From Pseudomonadota bacterium (GTDB lineage Bacteria; Pseudomonadota; Gammaproteobacteria; JAKAQQ01), in NCBI GenBank assembly GCA_027320085.1, contig DAHVLZ010000019.1:64001-128000 (forward strand): a DNA stretch of 64,000 nt, given 5' to 3'. The position numbers were made by a program, and so were the translations under genes. Under the pieces are notes generated by a model that searched no databases, had not been told where the DNA came from, and saw only the letters and a program-made list of their open reading frames with translations. How positions within the stretch are numbered: the first letter of the stretch is position 1; the number at the start of each line of letters is the position of its first letter. Below, in pieces: positions 11,204 through 21,760 of this stretch.

Positions 11204-11770
11204 CTAGAACGGAATCAGGGCGTAACCCCGGTTTTCATAGAGGATGAGCGTGCTGGGTCCGCTCGGTGCGACCCCGATGTGGGGCCAGAGAGAGGCGGGT
11301 GTGAATTTCCAGCCGGCCAGGGCAACGCCGCACACATAAAAGCGCACCCCGTGCCGGAGGAGGGCGGATACCAGCCGTCCGTTTGGGTTGGGATGACCGA
11401 ATCGCTTCTGGTAGGCGGCATTGGACAGTGCCGCGGGAATCGCACCTCCGTCGAAAACCACGACAAAGTGCAGGTTGCGGGTCGGCACCCTTTCAGCCTT
11501 GAAAATATTGAACATGCGGGCCACCCGGCCGAGTTCGGGATCGGCCTTGGTCTTGTTGGCGAGGGCTTGCGGAATGTAAAAAATGGCGTGGTATTGCCGG
11601 GTCCGGGGAAGACGCGCGCTTTCATGGGGCCAGAGGTGGATGGCGCCGTATCCGGGGATTGCCGGCGTCGTCCAGCCAGGAACCCGTCCCGGTGTCTTCA
11701 GGGGACCGGCCGAGGCCACGGAGGTGGCCAGGACGAATCCTGCCACGGTCGCGAGAGTAAGTCGTTTCAT
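11204..11770 (-). CDS. Exported DsrE/DsrF-like family protein
   Basis: Sec signal (VASA-G); NPNGRLVSAL...GVRFYVCG...GYALI, typical of secreted DsrE-like proteins. Confidence 0.75.
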   Translation of the reverse strand: MKRLTLATVAGFVLATSVASAGPLKTPGRVPGWTTPAIPGYGAIHLWPHESARLPRTRQYHAIFYIPQALANKTKADPELGRVARMFNIFKAERVPTRNLHFVVVFDGGAIPAALSNAAYQKRFGHPNPNGRLVSALLRHGVRFYVCGVALAGWKFTPASLWPHIGVAPSGPSTLILYENRGYALIPF

Positions 11771-11829
11771 GGTCGTTCTCCCGTGGATCAACCCACGCAT
11801 TCTAGCAATTCCCCTACGGGATGGAGCCC

Positions 11830-13041
11830 TTACAGGGAGGGATCTCCGAGCGCCTCATCCAGAACCTCGACCGGATGTTGCACGGGAATCGCGAGTCGCG
11901 CCCGCCGAAGTGCGGTCTCGAGTTGCAGGCGGCAGCCCAGGTTGGTGGTCACGATCCGGTCCGGGAGGGGGTGGGGCAGGGCGTCGAGGAGTGTCGAGGC
12001 AAAGCGGTCGCTCCATTCGGGACGGTCGAGAAGATAGCTTCCGGCACCTCCACAACAACCCAGAGGCAGTTCGAACGGGAGCAGGATGGCTTGGCCAATG
12101 TGTCCGAGCAGTCTTTCTGCAGCGCGGGGGTTGTGGACTTGGCTGGACTGCGAACAGGGGACATGAACCGCGATCCGCTGGCTTTTGGCGAGAGTGGCTG
12201 GGGTTCCTTCGGGCCATGCCCGGACGAGGAAGGAAGTGAGTTCGAAGACGTCATCGGCGAGCCCCCGGGCCTCCTGCCAGCACCCGCTGTCTGCGACCAG
12301 CAGGGGGATCGAGGGATCCAGGCGGGCGCGGGCCTTCTGCCGTTGTCGTGTCGCGCGGGTTTCCTCACCACAATGCCGGGCGAGCGCCCCACAGCAAAGC
12401 GGGCTTTCCGGAATCTCGACCGGGTGCCCCCAGCGGGTGAGAACCCGGGTTGCGGCGCCGTATAACGCAGGTGACCAGAGGCTCGAGAAGCAACCGGCCA
12501 AAAGCGCAACCCCGCCGGCCGGCGGCCCTTGGGGGAGCCATCGTCCTTTTTGAACCGGCTTGGGGGGATAGGGCTGGGGTAGGAGACGGAGCGGCCGGCC
12601 GCCTTGGCCGGCCAGGATCCTCCCGAGAGCGCTGAGCAGACCGGTTCGGGCCAGGATCCGGAGCAGCCGGTCAAAGAACCGGAGTCGGCCCGGGTGTTCC
12701 GCAAACCCGATGACCCAATGCCTCAGGGAGAAACGGCGCCGGATCGGCATCACGGCCCGGACCCGGTCGATCAGGTCTCCATAGGGGACGGAAGCTGGGC
12801 AGACGGCCTCGCACGTGAGACAGCCGAGACAGTGATCGAGTGCGTCCACCACCGTGGGATCGAAGCCCACTTCCCCCCGGTCCAGTGCTTCCATGAGCCG
12901 GATCCGTCCGCGCGGAGACTCGGTCTCGAGGGCCGTGAGGCGGTAGGTCGGACACTGGGGCAGGCAGAGCGCGCATTTCACGCATTGGTCCGTCCGCTCC
13001 AAGCCGTAGCGGCCGGGTGACGGAGGGGAGGGGTCAGTCAT
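11830..13041 (-). CDS. glcF: Glycolate oxidase-type Fe-S subunit (two [4Fe-4S] motifs plus CCG domains)
   Basis: CVKCALCLPQCP, CLGCLTCEAVCP, CCGA, CCGGAG, TTNLGC. Confidence 0.85.
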   Translation of the reverse strand: MTDPSPPSPGRYGLERTDQCVKCALCLPQCPTYRLTALETESPRGRIRLMEALDRGEVGFDPTVVDALDHCLGCLTCEAVCPASVPYGDLIDRVRAVMPIRRRFSLRHWVIGFAEHPGRLRFFDRLLRILARTGLLSALGRILAGQGGRPLRLLPQPYPPKPVQKGRWLPQGPPAGGVALLAGCFSSLWSPALYGAATRVLTRWGHPVEIPESPLCCGALARHCGEETRATRQRQKARARLDPSIPLLVADSGCWQEARGLADDVFELTSFLVRAWPEGTPATLAKSQRIAVHVPCSQSSQVHNPRAAERLLGHIGQAILLPFELPLGCCGGAGSYLLDRPEWSDRFASTLLDALPHPLPDRIVTTNLGCRLQLETALRRARLAIPVQHPVEVLDEALGDPSL

Positions 13042-13178
13042 CGGGTTTCAGGTCGCGGTTTGGATACAATAGTAGATCCTTGGATCCCTGAGGTGAAGTA
13101 TGAAGGGGACCGCGCCCAAGGGTCCAGGTGGGGTGCTCCGGAATTGTCCGGACCCCCGAGGGATCCGAGGACTCGTTC

Positions 13179-13922
13179 ATGCCCCATGAGCTTTTCGGGT
13201 TGCGGCTCGTTGCCCGCCGCCCGCTCACGCCCCGCGTTTTGGAGTTTCGATTTGCGCGCGTCGATGGGCACCCCTTCGACTATATCCCCGGCCAGTTCAT
13301 CACCCTGCATTTTCCCAGCCCCGAAGGAGAACTGCGCCGGAGCTACAGCATTGCCTCGCCACCGGAGGAGGCGGCGGAGAACGGATCAATCGCCATCGCC
13401 GTCACTGAGGTGCCGAACGGTCGTGCCTGCCGTATCCTGTTCGGCCTGTCGTCCGGTGAGGTGGTACAGGCCTCCGGCCCGTTCGGCCGCTTTATCCTGA
13501 GGGATGATCCCGGCATGGACTACCTGCTCGTGGCAACCGGCACCGGCGTCTCGCCCTATCGGGCCATGTTGCCCAGCCTGGGCCAGCGTCTCGCCGGATC
13601 CGGTCGGGAGATCCGGCTCCTGCTCGGGGTGCGGGGTCCCGAGGAGTTGCTGTACGGCCAAGATTTCCTGGCTCTCGCGCAAGCCGTCCCGGCGTTTGGA
13701 TTTACCGCTTGCCTGAGCCGGTCCCTGTCCGATCCCGCGCGGGATTATGAGCACAAGGGTTATGTCCAGGAGACACTGAAATCATTGCCCCTGGATCCCC
13801 GTCGGCAGGTGGTTTACCTTTGCGGGAACCCGGAGATGATCGATGCCTCACTGGTCTACCTCAAGTCGCTGGATTTTGCCCTCCCGGCAATTCGACGTGA
13901 GAAATACCTCTCCGCAAACTAG
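13179..13922 (+). CDS. FAD/NAD(P)-binding oxidoreductase (ferredoxin-NADP reductase-like)
   Basis: PGQF, RSYSIAS, GPFGRF, ATGTGVSP, YLCGNPEM. Confidence 0.9.
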   Translation: MPHELFGLRLVARRPLTPRVLEFRFARVDGHPFDYIPGQFITLHFPSPEGELRRSYSIASPPEEAAENGSIAIAVTEVPNGRACRILFGLSSGEVVQASGPFGRFILRDDPGMDYLLVATGTGVSPYRAMLPSLGQRLAGSGREIRLLLGVRGPEELLYGQDFLALAQAVPAFGFTACLSRSLSDPARDYEHKGYVQETLKSLPLDPRRQVVYLCGNPEMIDASLVYLKSLDFALPAIRREKYLSAN

Positions 13923-15595
13923 CCGTCCCCGACGCGGTGGGAGGGATGCCGCGTAATAAACTCACTGTAGTCGCCTTCCTCGAACAGGGTCTGGCCGGTT
14001 CCATCGAAGGCCAGGATGTGGGTGGCGATACGGTCGAGAAACCAGCGGTCATGGGAGGTCACGAGGACGGATCCCGGAAAGGCCAGTAACGCCTCTTCCA
14101 GGGCGCGCAAGGTCTCGACATCGAGGTCGTTGGTGGGTTCGTCGAGAAGCAGCACATTACCGCCTTCGCGCAGGAGCCTTGCAAGATGGACCCGGTTGCG
14201 TTCTCCGCCCGCGAGCCGGCTCAACGGCTTTTGCTGGTCGGGACCCCGAAAGTTGAAGCGTCCCACATAGGCCCGGGAGGCCATGGTGAAACCGCCCACC
14301 ACGAGCTGGTCCACGCCGTCGGTGATGTACTGCCAGACGGTCTGCGTGCCGTCGAGATCCTGACGCAACTGGTCGACATGGGCAAGCCGGGTGGTCTCGC
14401 CCCGGATGATCTGCCCGCGGTCGGGTTTTTCCGAACCGGTGATCAGGTGCAGAAGCGTACTTTTGCCGGCCCCGTTGGGGCCGATGATGCCGATGATGGC
14501 CCCGCGTTCGACCTCAAAGCTCAGGTGATCGAACAGCAGACGCGGCCCGTAGCTTTTTCCCGCATCCTGGACCCGGATCACGACTTCCCCGAGCCGGGGG
14601 CCGGGGGGAATGTAGAGTTCCCGCGTTTCCTGGCGTTTCTGGAAGTCCCGCGAGCTCAGTTCCTCGTAGCGCTGGATCCGGGCCTTGTTTTTGGCCTGCC
14701 GGCCCCGGCTGCCCTGACGGATCCACTCGAGTTCGTCCTTGAGTGTTCTCCGGACGGCGGCTTCTTCGCGCGATTCCTGGGCCAGACGGGCCTCCTTGCC
14801 GGCGAGCCAGGAGGTGTAGTTGCCTTCCCAGGGCAATCCCCGGCCCCGGTCGATTTCGAGGATCCAGCCGACCACGTGGTCGAGAAAGTACCGGTCATGT
14901 GTCACCAGGATGACCGTCCCGGGATAGTCACGAAGCGTTTTTTCGAGCCAGGCGACCGATTCGACGTCGAGGTGGTTTGTGGGCTCGTCCATGAGAAGGA
15001 GATCGGGCTGTGAAAGAAGCAGTCGGCACAGCGCCACGCGCCGGCGTTCCCCACCCGACAAGGTGGCGATCCGGGCGGTGGGATCCGGGAGACCCAGCGC
15101 GGCCGAAGCCACCTTCAGGCGGTGTTCCCAGTTCCATCCGTTCTGGTGTTCGATGGCATCCTGGAGCTCAGCCTGTTCGGAGAGCAGGGCATCCATCTGC
15201 TCCGGCGTGAGCGGCTCGCCCAGCTTCTGGCTCACGGCATCAAAGCGGGAGAGCAGGGCACGCAGATCGGAGAGTCCCTCCTCGACGCTTTCCCGCACCG
15301 TTTTTTCCCCGTCCAGTTCGGGTTCCTGCGGCAGGTAACCGATGCGGGTTCCGGGAACCAAGAGGCGTTCCCCCTCGAAATCCGTATCCACACCGGCCAG
15401 GATGCGGAGCAGGGTCGACTTGCCGGCCCCGTTGATGCCCAGAATTCCGATCTTTGCGCCCTGGAGAAAGGAGAGGGAGAGACCCTCCAGAATCACCCGC
15501 TGGGGGGGGACCACCCGGCGCAGTCTCTGTACCGTGAGGAGAGGGGTGGCCACTTCGGTCTCGGGTGATGACGGGCAGGTGGGCAATTCTGCCAC
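13919..15595 (-). CDS. ettA: ABC-F energy-dependent translational throttle
   Basis: Two ABC domains; ELEWIRQ...RQAKNKARIQRYEEL linker; IPPGPRLG; FNFRGPDQQK. Confidence 0.93.
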   Translation of the reverse strand: MAELPTCPSSPETEVATPLLTVQRLRRVVPPQRVILEGLSLSFLQGAKIGILGINGAGKSTLLRILAGVDTDFEGERLLVPGTRIGYLPQEPELDGEKTVRESVEEGLSDLRALLSRFDAVSQKLGEPLTPEQMDALLSEQAELQDAIEHQNGWNWEHRLKVASAALGLPDPTARIATLSGGERRRVALCRLLLSQPDLLLMDEPTNHLDVESVAWLEKTLRDYPGTVILVTHDRYFLDHVVGWILEIDRGRGLPWEGNYTSWLAGKEARLAQESREEAAVRRTLKDELEWIRQGSRGRQAKNKARIQRYEELSSRDFQKRQETRELYIPPGPRLGEVVIRVQDAGKSYGPRLLFDHLSFEVERGAIIGIIGPNGAGKSTLLHLITGSEKPDRGQIIRGETTRLAHVDQLRQDLDGTQTVWQYITDGVDQLVVGGFTMASRAYVGRFNFRGPDQQKPLSRLAGGERNRVHLARLLREGGNVLLLDEPTNDLDVETLRALEEALLAFPGSVLVTSHDRWFLDRIATHILAFDGTGQTLFEEGDYSEFITRHPSHRVGDG

Positions 15596-15619
15596 ATTCG
15601 CGGAGTTTGGAATGGATCG

Positions 15620-16537
15620 TCAGGGAGGGGGCGGCCCGGATCGGGGAGGATGGGTCCGTCTTTCGAGAATGCGCCGTTCGAGGTCGCGGATCATGCGTCC
15701 CGCGATGTCGATCCGCGTCGCCTTCTCGACCCCCTCCAGTCCGGGCGTGGCGTTGACCTCGAGCACGACCGGTCCCGAGTCCGTTTCCAGGAGATCCACT
15801 CCCGCAACATGGAGCCCGAGAATCCGTGCCGCCGTCCGTGCCAGGCGGGCGGCCACCGGATCCTGAGGGATACGCCGGGCCGAGCCCCCCTGGTGGAGAT
15901 TGGCACGGAACCCGCCCTTGGGGTTCCTGCGCTCGATGGCTGCGGCGATCTCGTCTCCGATCACGAAATAGCGAAGATCCCGGCCGCGGGATTCGGTCAC
16001 AAAGCGTTGCACGAGAAAGTGGGCCATCAAGGCACGCAGGGTTTCGGTGACGCTTTCTGCGGCCTCGGGATTTTCCGCGAGTACGACTCCGATGCCTTGG
16101 GATCCTTCAATGAGCTTGATGATGAGGGGCGGGGGTGGCAACAGCCCGAGCAGGGCCGGATTGTCTTCGGGAGCGAAGGCCATGGCGGTTTCCGGGATCG
16201 GAATGCCGGCTGCGACCAAATGCTGCAGCATGCAGAGCTTGTTGCGTGTCCGGAGAATGGCCGCACTTGGATTCTGGACGGTGGCTCCCTGGATCTCGAA
16301 CTGGCGGACCACCGAGGTTCCGTAGCTTGTGATCGAGGTTCCGATGCGGGGGAGTACCCCATCAATTCCGGTAATCGCCCGGCCCTGGTAGTGAATGCCC
16401 GAATGCTGGGTGGAGAGGGAAAGGTAACAGCGGACGGGATCCACGATGCGGATCCGGTGGCCCCGTGCGCGCGCTGCTTCCACCAGGCGACGCGTCGAAT
16501 ACAGTTGAGCATAACGGGACAGGAGGATGAACCGCAT
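15620..16537 (-). CDS. rimK: RimK family alpha-L-glutamate ligase
   Basis: LYSTRRLVEAA, PRIGTSITSYG, EGSQGIGV, FRANLHQGG, EVNATPGLEG. Confidence 0.92.
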   Translation of the reverse strand: MRFILLSRYAQLYSTRRLVEAARARGHRIRIVDPVRCYLSLSTQHSGIHYQGRAITGIDGVLPRIGTSITSYGTSVVRQFEIQGATVQNPSAAILRTRNKLCMLQHLVAAGIPIPETAMAFAPEDNPALLGLLPPPPLIIKLIEGSQGIGVVLAENPEAAESVTETLRALMAHFLVQRFVTESRGRDLRYFVIGDEIAAAIERRNPKGGFRANLHQGGSARRIPQDPVAARLARTAARILGLHVAGVDLLETDSGPVVLEVNATPGLEGVEKATRIDIAGRMIRDLERRILERRTHPPRSGPPPP

Positions 16538-16691
16538 GACACCGGCGGGAGTGGATGGAACGGGCTCAGTGTAGCCCGGTCGGATCCCGGAAGCCTGGCA
16601 GGAAAAGCCCCTGGGCGGTTTGGGGGGCCTCGACGGTCCCCCGTGGAGGGGCTACAATTGCCATCGCCGAAGCATCTGCCCGAGACCCGCC

Positions 16692-17960
16692 ATGTCCCCA
16701 CTCCCACGCTACGGACGGATGACCTCCCTGGCCGACTACGATCCCGAGCTGGGACAGGCCATGGAACACGAACGGGAACGGCAGGAGCAATACCTGGAAC
16801 TGATTGCTTCGGAGAACTATGCGAGCCCCCGGGTTCTGGAAGCCCAGGGATCGGTCCTGACCAACAAGTACGCCGAAGGGTATCCGGGACACCGGTACTA
16901 TGGCGGTTGCACCTTTGTGGATGTGGCTGAAAACCTGGCGATTGAACGGGCCCGCGAGCTCTTTGGTGCGGACTACGTGAATGTACAGCCCCACTCCGGA
17001 TCGCAGGCCAACGCGGCGACGTATCTGGCGTTGATCCGCCCCGGCGACCGGATCGTGGGCATGAGCTTGGCCGATGGAGGCCATCTCACGCACGGTGCCA
17101 AGGTCAGTTTCTCCGGAAAATTGTTTCAAGCCTCTCAGTATGGCGTTGACCCGGTGACAGGTCTTCTGGACTACGAAAAACTCGAGGCTCTGGTTGATCG
17201 CGAACGCCCGAAACTCCTGATGGCGGGGTTTTCCGCCTATTCCCGGGTTCTCGATTGGGCCCGCTTCCGGGCGATTGCCGACCGGGTCGGGGCTTTCCTC
17301 GTGGTCGATATGGCGCATGTCGCCGGCCTCGTCGCGGCCGGGCTTTATCCCAACCCGGTGCCGCATGCGGATGTGGTCACTTCGACCACCCACAAGACCC
17401 TCCGGGGGCCCCGGGGTGGCCTCATTCTGGCCCGGCAAAACCCGGAAATCGCAAAAAGGCTGGCCGCGATGATTTTCCCGGGAACCCAGGGCGGACCGCT
17501 GATGCATGTGATTGCGGCCAAGGCCGTGGCCTTCAGGGAGGCCCTCGAGCCCGAGTTTCGGGAATATCAGGCCCAGGTTGTCGCCAATGCCCGTGCCATG
17601 GCCCAGGTGTTTTTGGAACGTGGGTTCAAGGTGGTTTCGGGGGGGACCGATAATCACCTGTTTCTCCTGGACCTGATCGGCCATCCGCTGACCGGTCAGG
17701 ATGCCGAGCACCGTCTCGAGGCGGTCCATCTGACCGTAAACAAAAATGCCGTTCCGAACGATCCCCGCCCACCCCGGGTGACGAGCGGTCTCCGAATTGG
17801 CACTCCGGCCATGACGACCCGCGGGATGGGACTGACCGAGTCCCGACGCGTGGCTGAAATCATCATCGAAACCCTGGATCCGGCCACGTCCGCCGTCCGT
17901 CAGGATGCGTTGCGTGAAGAAGTCACCGATCTCTGCCGGAGATTCCCGGTTTACGGGTAG
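16692..17960 (+). CDS. glyA: Serine hydroxymethyltransferase
   Basis: [36 protein letters not shown] (PLP Lys). Confidence 0.98.
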   Translation: MSPLPRYGRMTSLADYDPELGQAMEHERERQEQYLELIASENYASPRVLEAQGSVLTNKYAEGYPGHRYYGGCTFVDVAENLAIERARELFGADYVNVQPHSGSQANAATYLALIRPGDRIVGMSLADGGHLTHGAKVSFSGKLFQASQYGVDPVTGLLDYEKLEALVDRERPKLLMAGFSAYSRVLDWARFRAIADRVGAFLVVDMAHVAGLVAAGLYPNPVPHADVVTSTTHKTLRGPRGGLILARQNPEIAKRLAAMIFPGTQGGPLMHVIAAKAVAFREALEPEFREYQAQVVANARAMAQVFLERGFKVVSGGTDNHLFLLDLIGHPLTGQDAEHRLEAVHLTVNKNAVPNDPRPPRVTSGLRIGTPAMTTRGMGLTESRRVAEIIIETLDPATSAVRQDALREEVTDLCRRFPVYG

Positions 17961-17964
17961 GCCG

Positions 17965-18462
17965 ATGCATTGTCCGAGTTGCGGACATGTCGAGACCCGG
18001 GTGATCGATTCCCGGCTGCTGAATGACGGGCAGGGAATCCGCAGGCGACGGCATTGCCTCTCATGCGGGGAGCGATTCACGACGCTGGAACAGGCGCAAT
18101 GGGCTTACCCGCGGGTGATCAAGCGGGATGGACGGCGCGAACCGTTCGAAGAGCAAAAAATCCGTGCGGGTCTCCTGCGTGCTCTTGAGAAACGGCCCGT
18201 CCCGACGGAGACACTCGAATCACTGATCCAGGATCTCCTGCGCCGGATCCGGACGGTTGGAGAATCGGAAATCGCAGCACGGCAGATCGGGGAGTGGGTC
18301 ATGGAAAAACTGCGTGATCTGGATCCGGTGGCCTACGTTCGTTTTGCCTCCGTTTATCGCGATTTCAACGATGTCCATGATTTTCGCAGGGCCATCGACC
18401 GCCTGTCCGAGCCCGCGAGCCGTCACGGGAATCGCAAAAACCGCCCCCCCCATTCCTCCTGA
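17965..18462 (+). CDS. nrdR: Transcriptional repressor NrdR
   Basis: MHCPSC, RRRRHC..C..RFTT, ATP-cone, VAYVRFASVY. Confidence 0.97.
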   Translation: MHCPSCGHVETRVIDSRLLNDGQGIRRRRHCLSCGERFTTLEQAQWAYPRVIKRDGRREPFEEQKIRAGLLRALEKRPVPTETLESLIQDLLRRIRTVGESEIAARQIGEWVMEKLRDLDPVAYVRFASVYRDFNDVHDFRRAIDRLSEPASRHGNRKNRPPHSS

Positions 18463-18469
18463 AGTGCCC

Positions 18470-19582
18470 ATGCGGAGCGAGCCGGGTGAATTGCGGGACG
18501 CCTTCTACATGGCTGAGGCCTTGGAACTGGCGCGGCGGGGATGTTTCACGACGCGGCCCAATCCCTCTGTCGGTTGCGTGATCGTCCGTGAGGACACGGT
18601 GGTCGGCCGGGGTTTCCACCGTATCGCCGGAGGGCCCCATGCGGAAATCGAGGCACTCAAGGAGGCGGGTGAACTGGCGCGGGGAGCGACCGTCTATATC
18701 ACCCTCGAGCCTTGCTCGCACAGGGGAAAAACCGCGCCCTGTGCCTCCGCCCTGGCCGCAGCCGGCATCGGCCGTGTCGTCTACGCCGTGGCCGATCCCA
18801 ATCCGGCCGCGCGCGGAGGGGGGCTCTGGCTGGGCAAGGCCGGCATCCCGACCACCGCAGGTGTCCTGGCACAGGCGGCCCGGGAAATAAACCGTGGCTT
18901 TTTCAAGCGGTACGAGACGGGTTTTCCCTGGGTGACCCTCAAGCAGGCCTCCAGCCTGGATGGCCGGACCGCACTGGCTTCCGGTAAAAGCCGCTGGATC
19001 ACGGGATCGGCAGCTCGGGCCGATGTGCGTCGCCTGCGCGCCCGACATGGGGCCGTGCTTACGGGATCAGGCACCGTGCTGGCCGACAATCCCCGCTTGT
19101 CGGTCCGCGAGGGACCCGCAAGCCGTGAGGCCCCCGAGCCCCTCAGGGTTGTGCTCGATTCCCAGGCCCGCTCTCCGCCGGACTCCCGGGTCTTCTCTCC
19201 CGCCCAGGAATCGCTGCTTGTGACATCTCCCCAAGCCGATGCGCGACGGCATGAGGATGCCGGAATCCCGGTCGTTCGGGTGGCCCAGAGCGCGCGGGGG
19301 CTTGACCTCCGTGAGGTCCTGGTTCTTCTGGCCCAGCGGGAAATCAACGATCTTTTGGTGGAAGCCGGTCCGACGCTCGCGGGATCTTTTATCCGCGAGG
19401 GGCTGGTTGACGAATGGCGGCTCTACCTGGCAACCCGTCTTCTGGGCCCGGATGCCCGGCCCCTGGTGGATCTGCCCCGCCTCAATGTCCTCGAAGATGC
19501 ATCGGCGTGGCGGACGGCCGAGCTGCGACGCATCGGAGGCGATTTCCGTCTCGTCCTGCGCCCCGTCCGGGAGACCCGTTGA
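18470..19582 (+). CDS. ribD: Riboflavin biosynthesis deaminase/reductase
   Basis: PNPSVG, HAE, LEPCSH..KT.PC, SLDG, SRWIT, VEAG. Confidence 0.97.
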   Translation: MRSEPGELRDAFYMAEALELARRGCFTTRPNPSVGCVIVREDTVVGRGFHRIAGGPHAEIEALKEAGELARGATVYITLEPCSHRGKTAPCASALAAAGIGRVVYAVADPNPAARGGGLWLGKAGIPTTAGVLAQAAREINRGFFKRYETGFPWVTLKQASSLDGRTALASGKSRWITGSAARADVRRLRARHGAVLTGSGTVLADNPRLSVREGPASREAPEPLRVVLDSQARSPPDSRVFSPAQESLLVTSPQADARRHEDAGIPVVRVAQSARGLDLREVLVLLAQREINDLLVEAGPTLAGSFIREGLVDEWRLYLATRLLGPDARPLVDLPRLNVLEDASAWRTAELRRIGGDFRLVLRPVRETR

Positions 19583-20178
19583 TGTTTACCGGGTTGATTC
19601 AGAGCACCGGCGAGATACTGGAGAGTGTGCCCCGGGCGCGTGGAATCTCCCTGTGCATCCACCCGCTCGAGACCCGCTTCCACCCGGCCCTCGGGGCCAG
19701 TGTGAGCGTGAACGGCGTCTGTCTTACGGTTGTGGATCCCCGTCCGGACCGGCTGGTTTTCGATCTATCGCCGGAAACCCGCCGGCTCACCACCCTGGGG
19801 AGCCTGGGACCGGGGGATGGGGTCAATCTCGAGTCCGCGCTCCGGGTGGGGGATGAGCTCGGGGGGCACTTCGTTTCGGGGCATGTCGATGGCGTGGGGC
19901 GGGTTCGGATTCGGGGCGAGCAGGAGGACTGCCTGTTTTTCGAGATCGAGGTTCCATCCGGACTCGAACGCTGGATCGCCCCCAAGGGATCCATTGCGGT
20001 TGACGGGGTGAGCCTCACCGTGAATGCTCTCCAGGGACGGATTTTTTCCATCATGCTGATTCCGCACACGATCAGCCGGACCACCCTGGGTCGGCTTCAA
20101 GCTGGCGTGGTGGTCAATCTGGAGGTGGATCTCCTGGCTCGTTACCTCGACCGATTGCGCGAAGAGGCCCGGTCCTAG
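19582..20178 (+). CDS. ribE: Riboflavin synthase (alpha chain; ribC in E. coli nomenclature)
   Basis: MFTGLI, GVCLTV, GGHFVSGHVDG, KGSIAVDGVSLTVN, NLEVD. Confidence 0.97.
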   Translation: MFTGLIQSTGEILESVPRARGISLCIHPLETRFHPALGASVSVNGVCLTVVDPRPDRLVFDLSPETRRLTTLGSLGPGDGVNLESALRVGDELGGHFVSGHVDGVGRVRIRGEQEDCLFFEIEVPSGLERWIAPKGSIAVDGVSLTVNALQGRIFSIMLIPHTISRTTLGRLQAGVVVNLEVDLLARYLDRLREEARS

Positions 20179-20179
20179 T

Positions 20180-21760
20180 TCAGGGTCGGTGGCGGTTTTT
20201 GGCTGCGGGGTCACGCCGGGAGAGGAGGGATCCTGGCTTCGCGGTGAGCGGAAAGGGATAGAGCGTGTCCGTCTTGAGATTGAGGGCCAGGAGTCGGTTG
20301 GCTCCCGTATCGGCAATCAGGAGGGTGGTCTCGTTGAGCAGCGCGAGTCCTCCCGGCAAATCCAGTGGGCCTCCCCGCGCCAAGGTCGAGACCTGATCAT
20401 CGGCGAGATTGATGGCACGGATGGCGTTGTTGAAGGTATCGGCCACATAAAGCATCCGTCCTTCCAAAGCAAGGCCCTGGGCGTGTTGGAGTTCGGCCCG
20501 GGACACACGCCCATTGCGGAATCCCCAATGGAAGAGACCCTGACCCACCAGGGTGCCCACATGACCGCTGCTGATCGAAATCATCCGGATGGAAGAACTC
20601 TCCGGATCGGCGTCGTAGAGGATGCCCGGGGTTGAGGCCAAGCCACTCGGTTGAGCAAAGGTCGCCTCCCGCCGGGGGCCATCCGCCATGCCTTCCGAAC
20701 CCGTCCCGGCCCAGGCCTCGATCTCTCCCGTGGCCAGGTTGAGACGCCAGATCTGGTGTTCTCCGGACATGGCGATCCACAGGATCCGGCCCTGTTTGTC
20801 GAGTGCCCAGGGGGAGTTGAGCGGTACGGCCCGGCCCGGACCCTGTCCTGTGACATCGTAGGCACGATGCCCCGTGCCGGCAAGGGTCGTGACCTCGAAG
20901 GTGCTGAGACTGACCCGGCGTAGTGTGTTGTTGCCGGCATCGGCCACATATAAGAAATGGCGACCAAACGCCAATCCCTCCGGGTCATCAAACCGGGCGT
21001 CATGTGCCGCGCCATTCTTCCAGCCGGGCTTCCCTGATCCAATGACTTGGGTGATCTGACCCCTCCGGTTGGCCAGAAGCACCCGATGGTCGCCGCTGTC
21101 GGCGATGGCGATCCACTTTCCCCTGACGGCCAGCTTGTCCGGGGCGAAAAGAAGGCCCGCCGGCCGCTTGAGCGGTTTGAGCGGGAGAGGGCCTGGGTGG
21201 AGCGTTCCTGCCCGTCTGGCCTTCCGAATGACGGTCCGGATGGCCGCGGCCAGGTGGTCATAGGAGGTCTCACCGACGAAGGCATTGACCAGTCGACCCT
21301 GTGGATTGATCAGGATGAAAGTCGGCCAGGCCTCGACGCCATAGCGGTTCCAGAGAGAGAGTCCGGTATCGTCGAGGACGGGTTCGTGAACATGGAAGTC
21401 GACGAGGAACGTTCTCAGGTCCGCGAGGCTCGCGGAAGCCGTGAACTTCGGCGAGTCGATGCTGACCACGATAAAGCCGGAGCGGAAATGTTGCTCCAGC
21501 CGTTGCAGCACCGGGATCATCTGGATGCAGTTGATGCAGCCGGGCGTGAAAAAGTCGAGAAGGACCGCCCGTCCCCTGAGCATTCTGCGGTCGAGGGGGC
21601 GGGTCACGTTCAGCCACGTCTCCCCACGCGGGAAGGCCAGTGCTTTCATGCCGGCCGGATGGGCATGGCATGAGGCCAGCAAGGCACAGAGCGGCAGGAG
21701 ACCGGCGGAGGGGATCCATCCCGCCCGCCGGTTTCGTTTCCCTTTAGAACAGTTCCACAT
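20180..21760 (-). CDS. Thioredoxin-like plus NHL-repeat protein (NHLRC2-like), probable lipoprotein
   Basis: WLN...LLDFFTPGCINC, AWPT, NHL repeats (FDDPEGL, LNSPWAL, FAQPSGL); lipobox LLASC. Confidence 0.85.
   Translation of the reverse strand: MWNCSKGKRNRRAGWIPSAGLLPLCALLASCHAHPAGMKALAFPRGETWLNVTRPLDRRMLRGRAVLLDFFTPGCINCIQMIPVLQRLEQHFRSGFIVVSIDSPKFTASASLADLRTFLVDFHVHEPVLDDTGLSLWNRYGVEAWPTFILINPQGRLVNAFVGETSYDHLAAAIRTVIRKARRAGTLHPGPLPLKPLKRPAGLLFAPDKLAVRGKWIAIADSGDHRVLLANRRGQITQVIGSGKPGWKNGAAHDARFDDPEGLAFGRHFLYVADAGNNTLRRVSLSTFEVTTLAGTGHRAYDVTGQGPGRAVPLNSPWALDKQGRILWIAMSGEHQIWRLNLATGEIEAWAGTGSEGMADGPRREATFAQPSGLASTPGILYDADPESSSIRMISISSGHVGTLVGQGLFHWGFRNGRVSRAELQHAQGLALEGRMLYVADTFNNAIRAINLADDQVSTLARGGPLDLPGGLALLNETTLLIADTGANRLLALNLKTDTLYPFPLTAKPGSLLSRRDPAAKNRHRP

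Noticed and set aside
16540-16691. Riboswitch upstream of glyA (also checked purE and the rib genes)
   Set aside because: No ZTP, glycine, purine or FMN consensus recognised
15650-18080. Long antisense ORFs (426 aa, 504 aa, and similar ones opposite purK, gltX and hsdM)
   Set aside because: Shadow frames expected from GC-rich codon bias opposite well-supported genes
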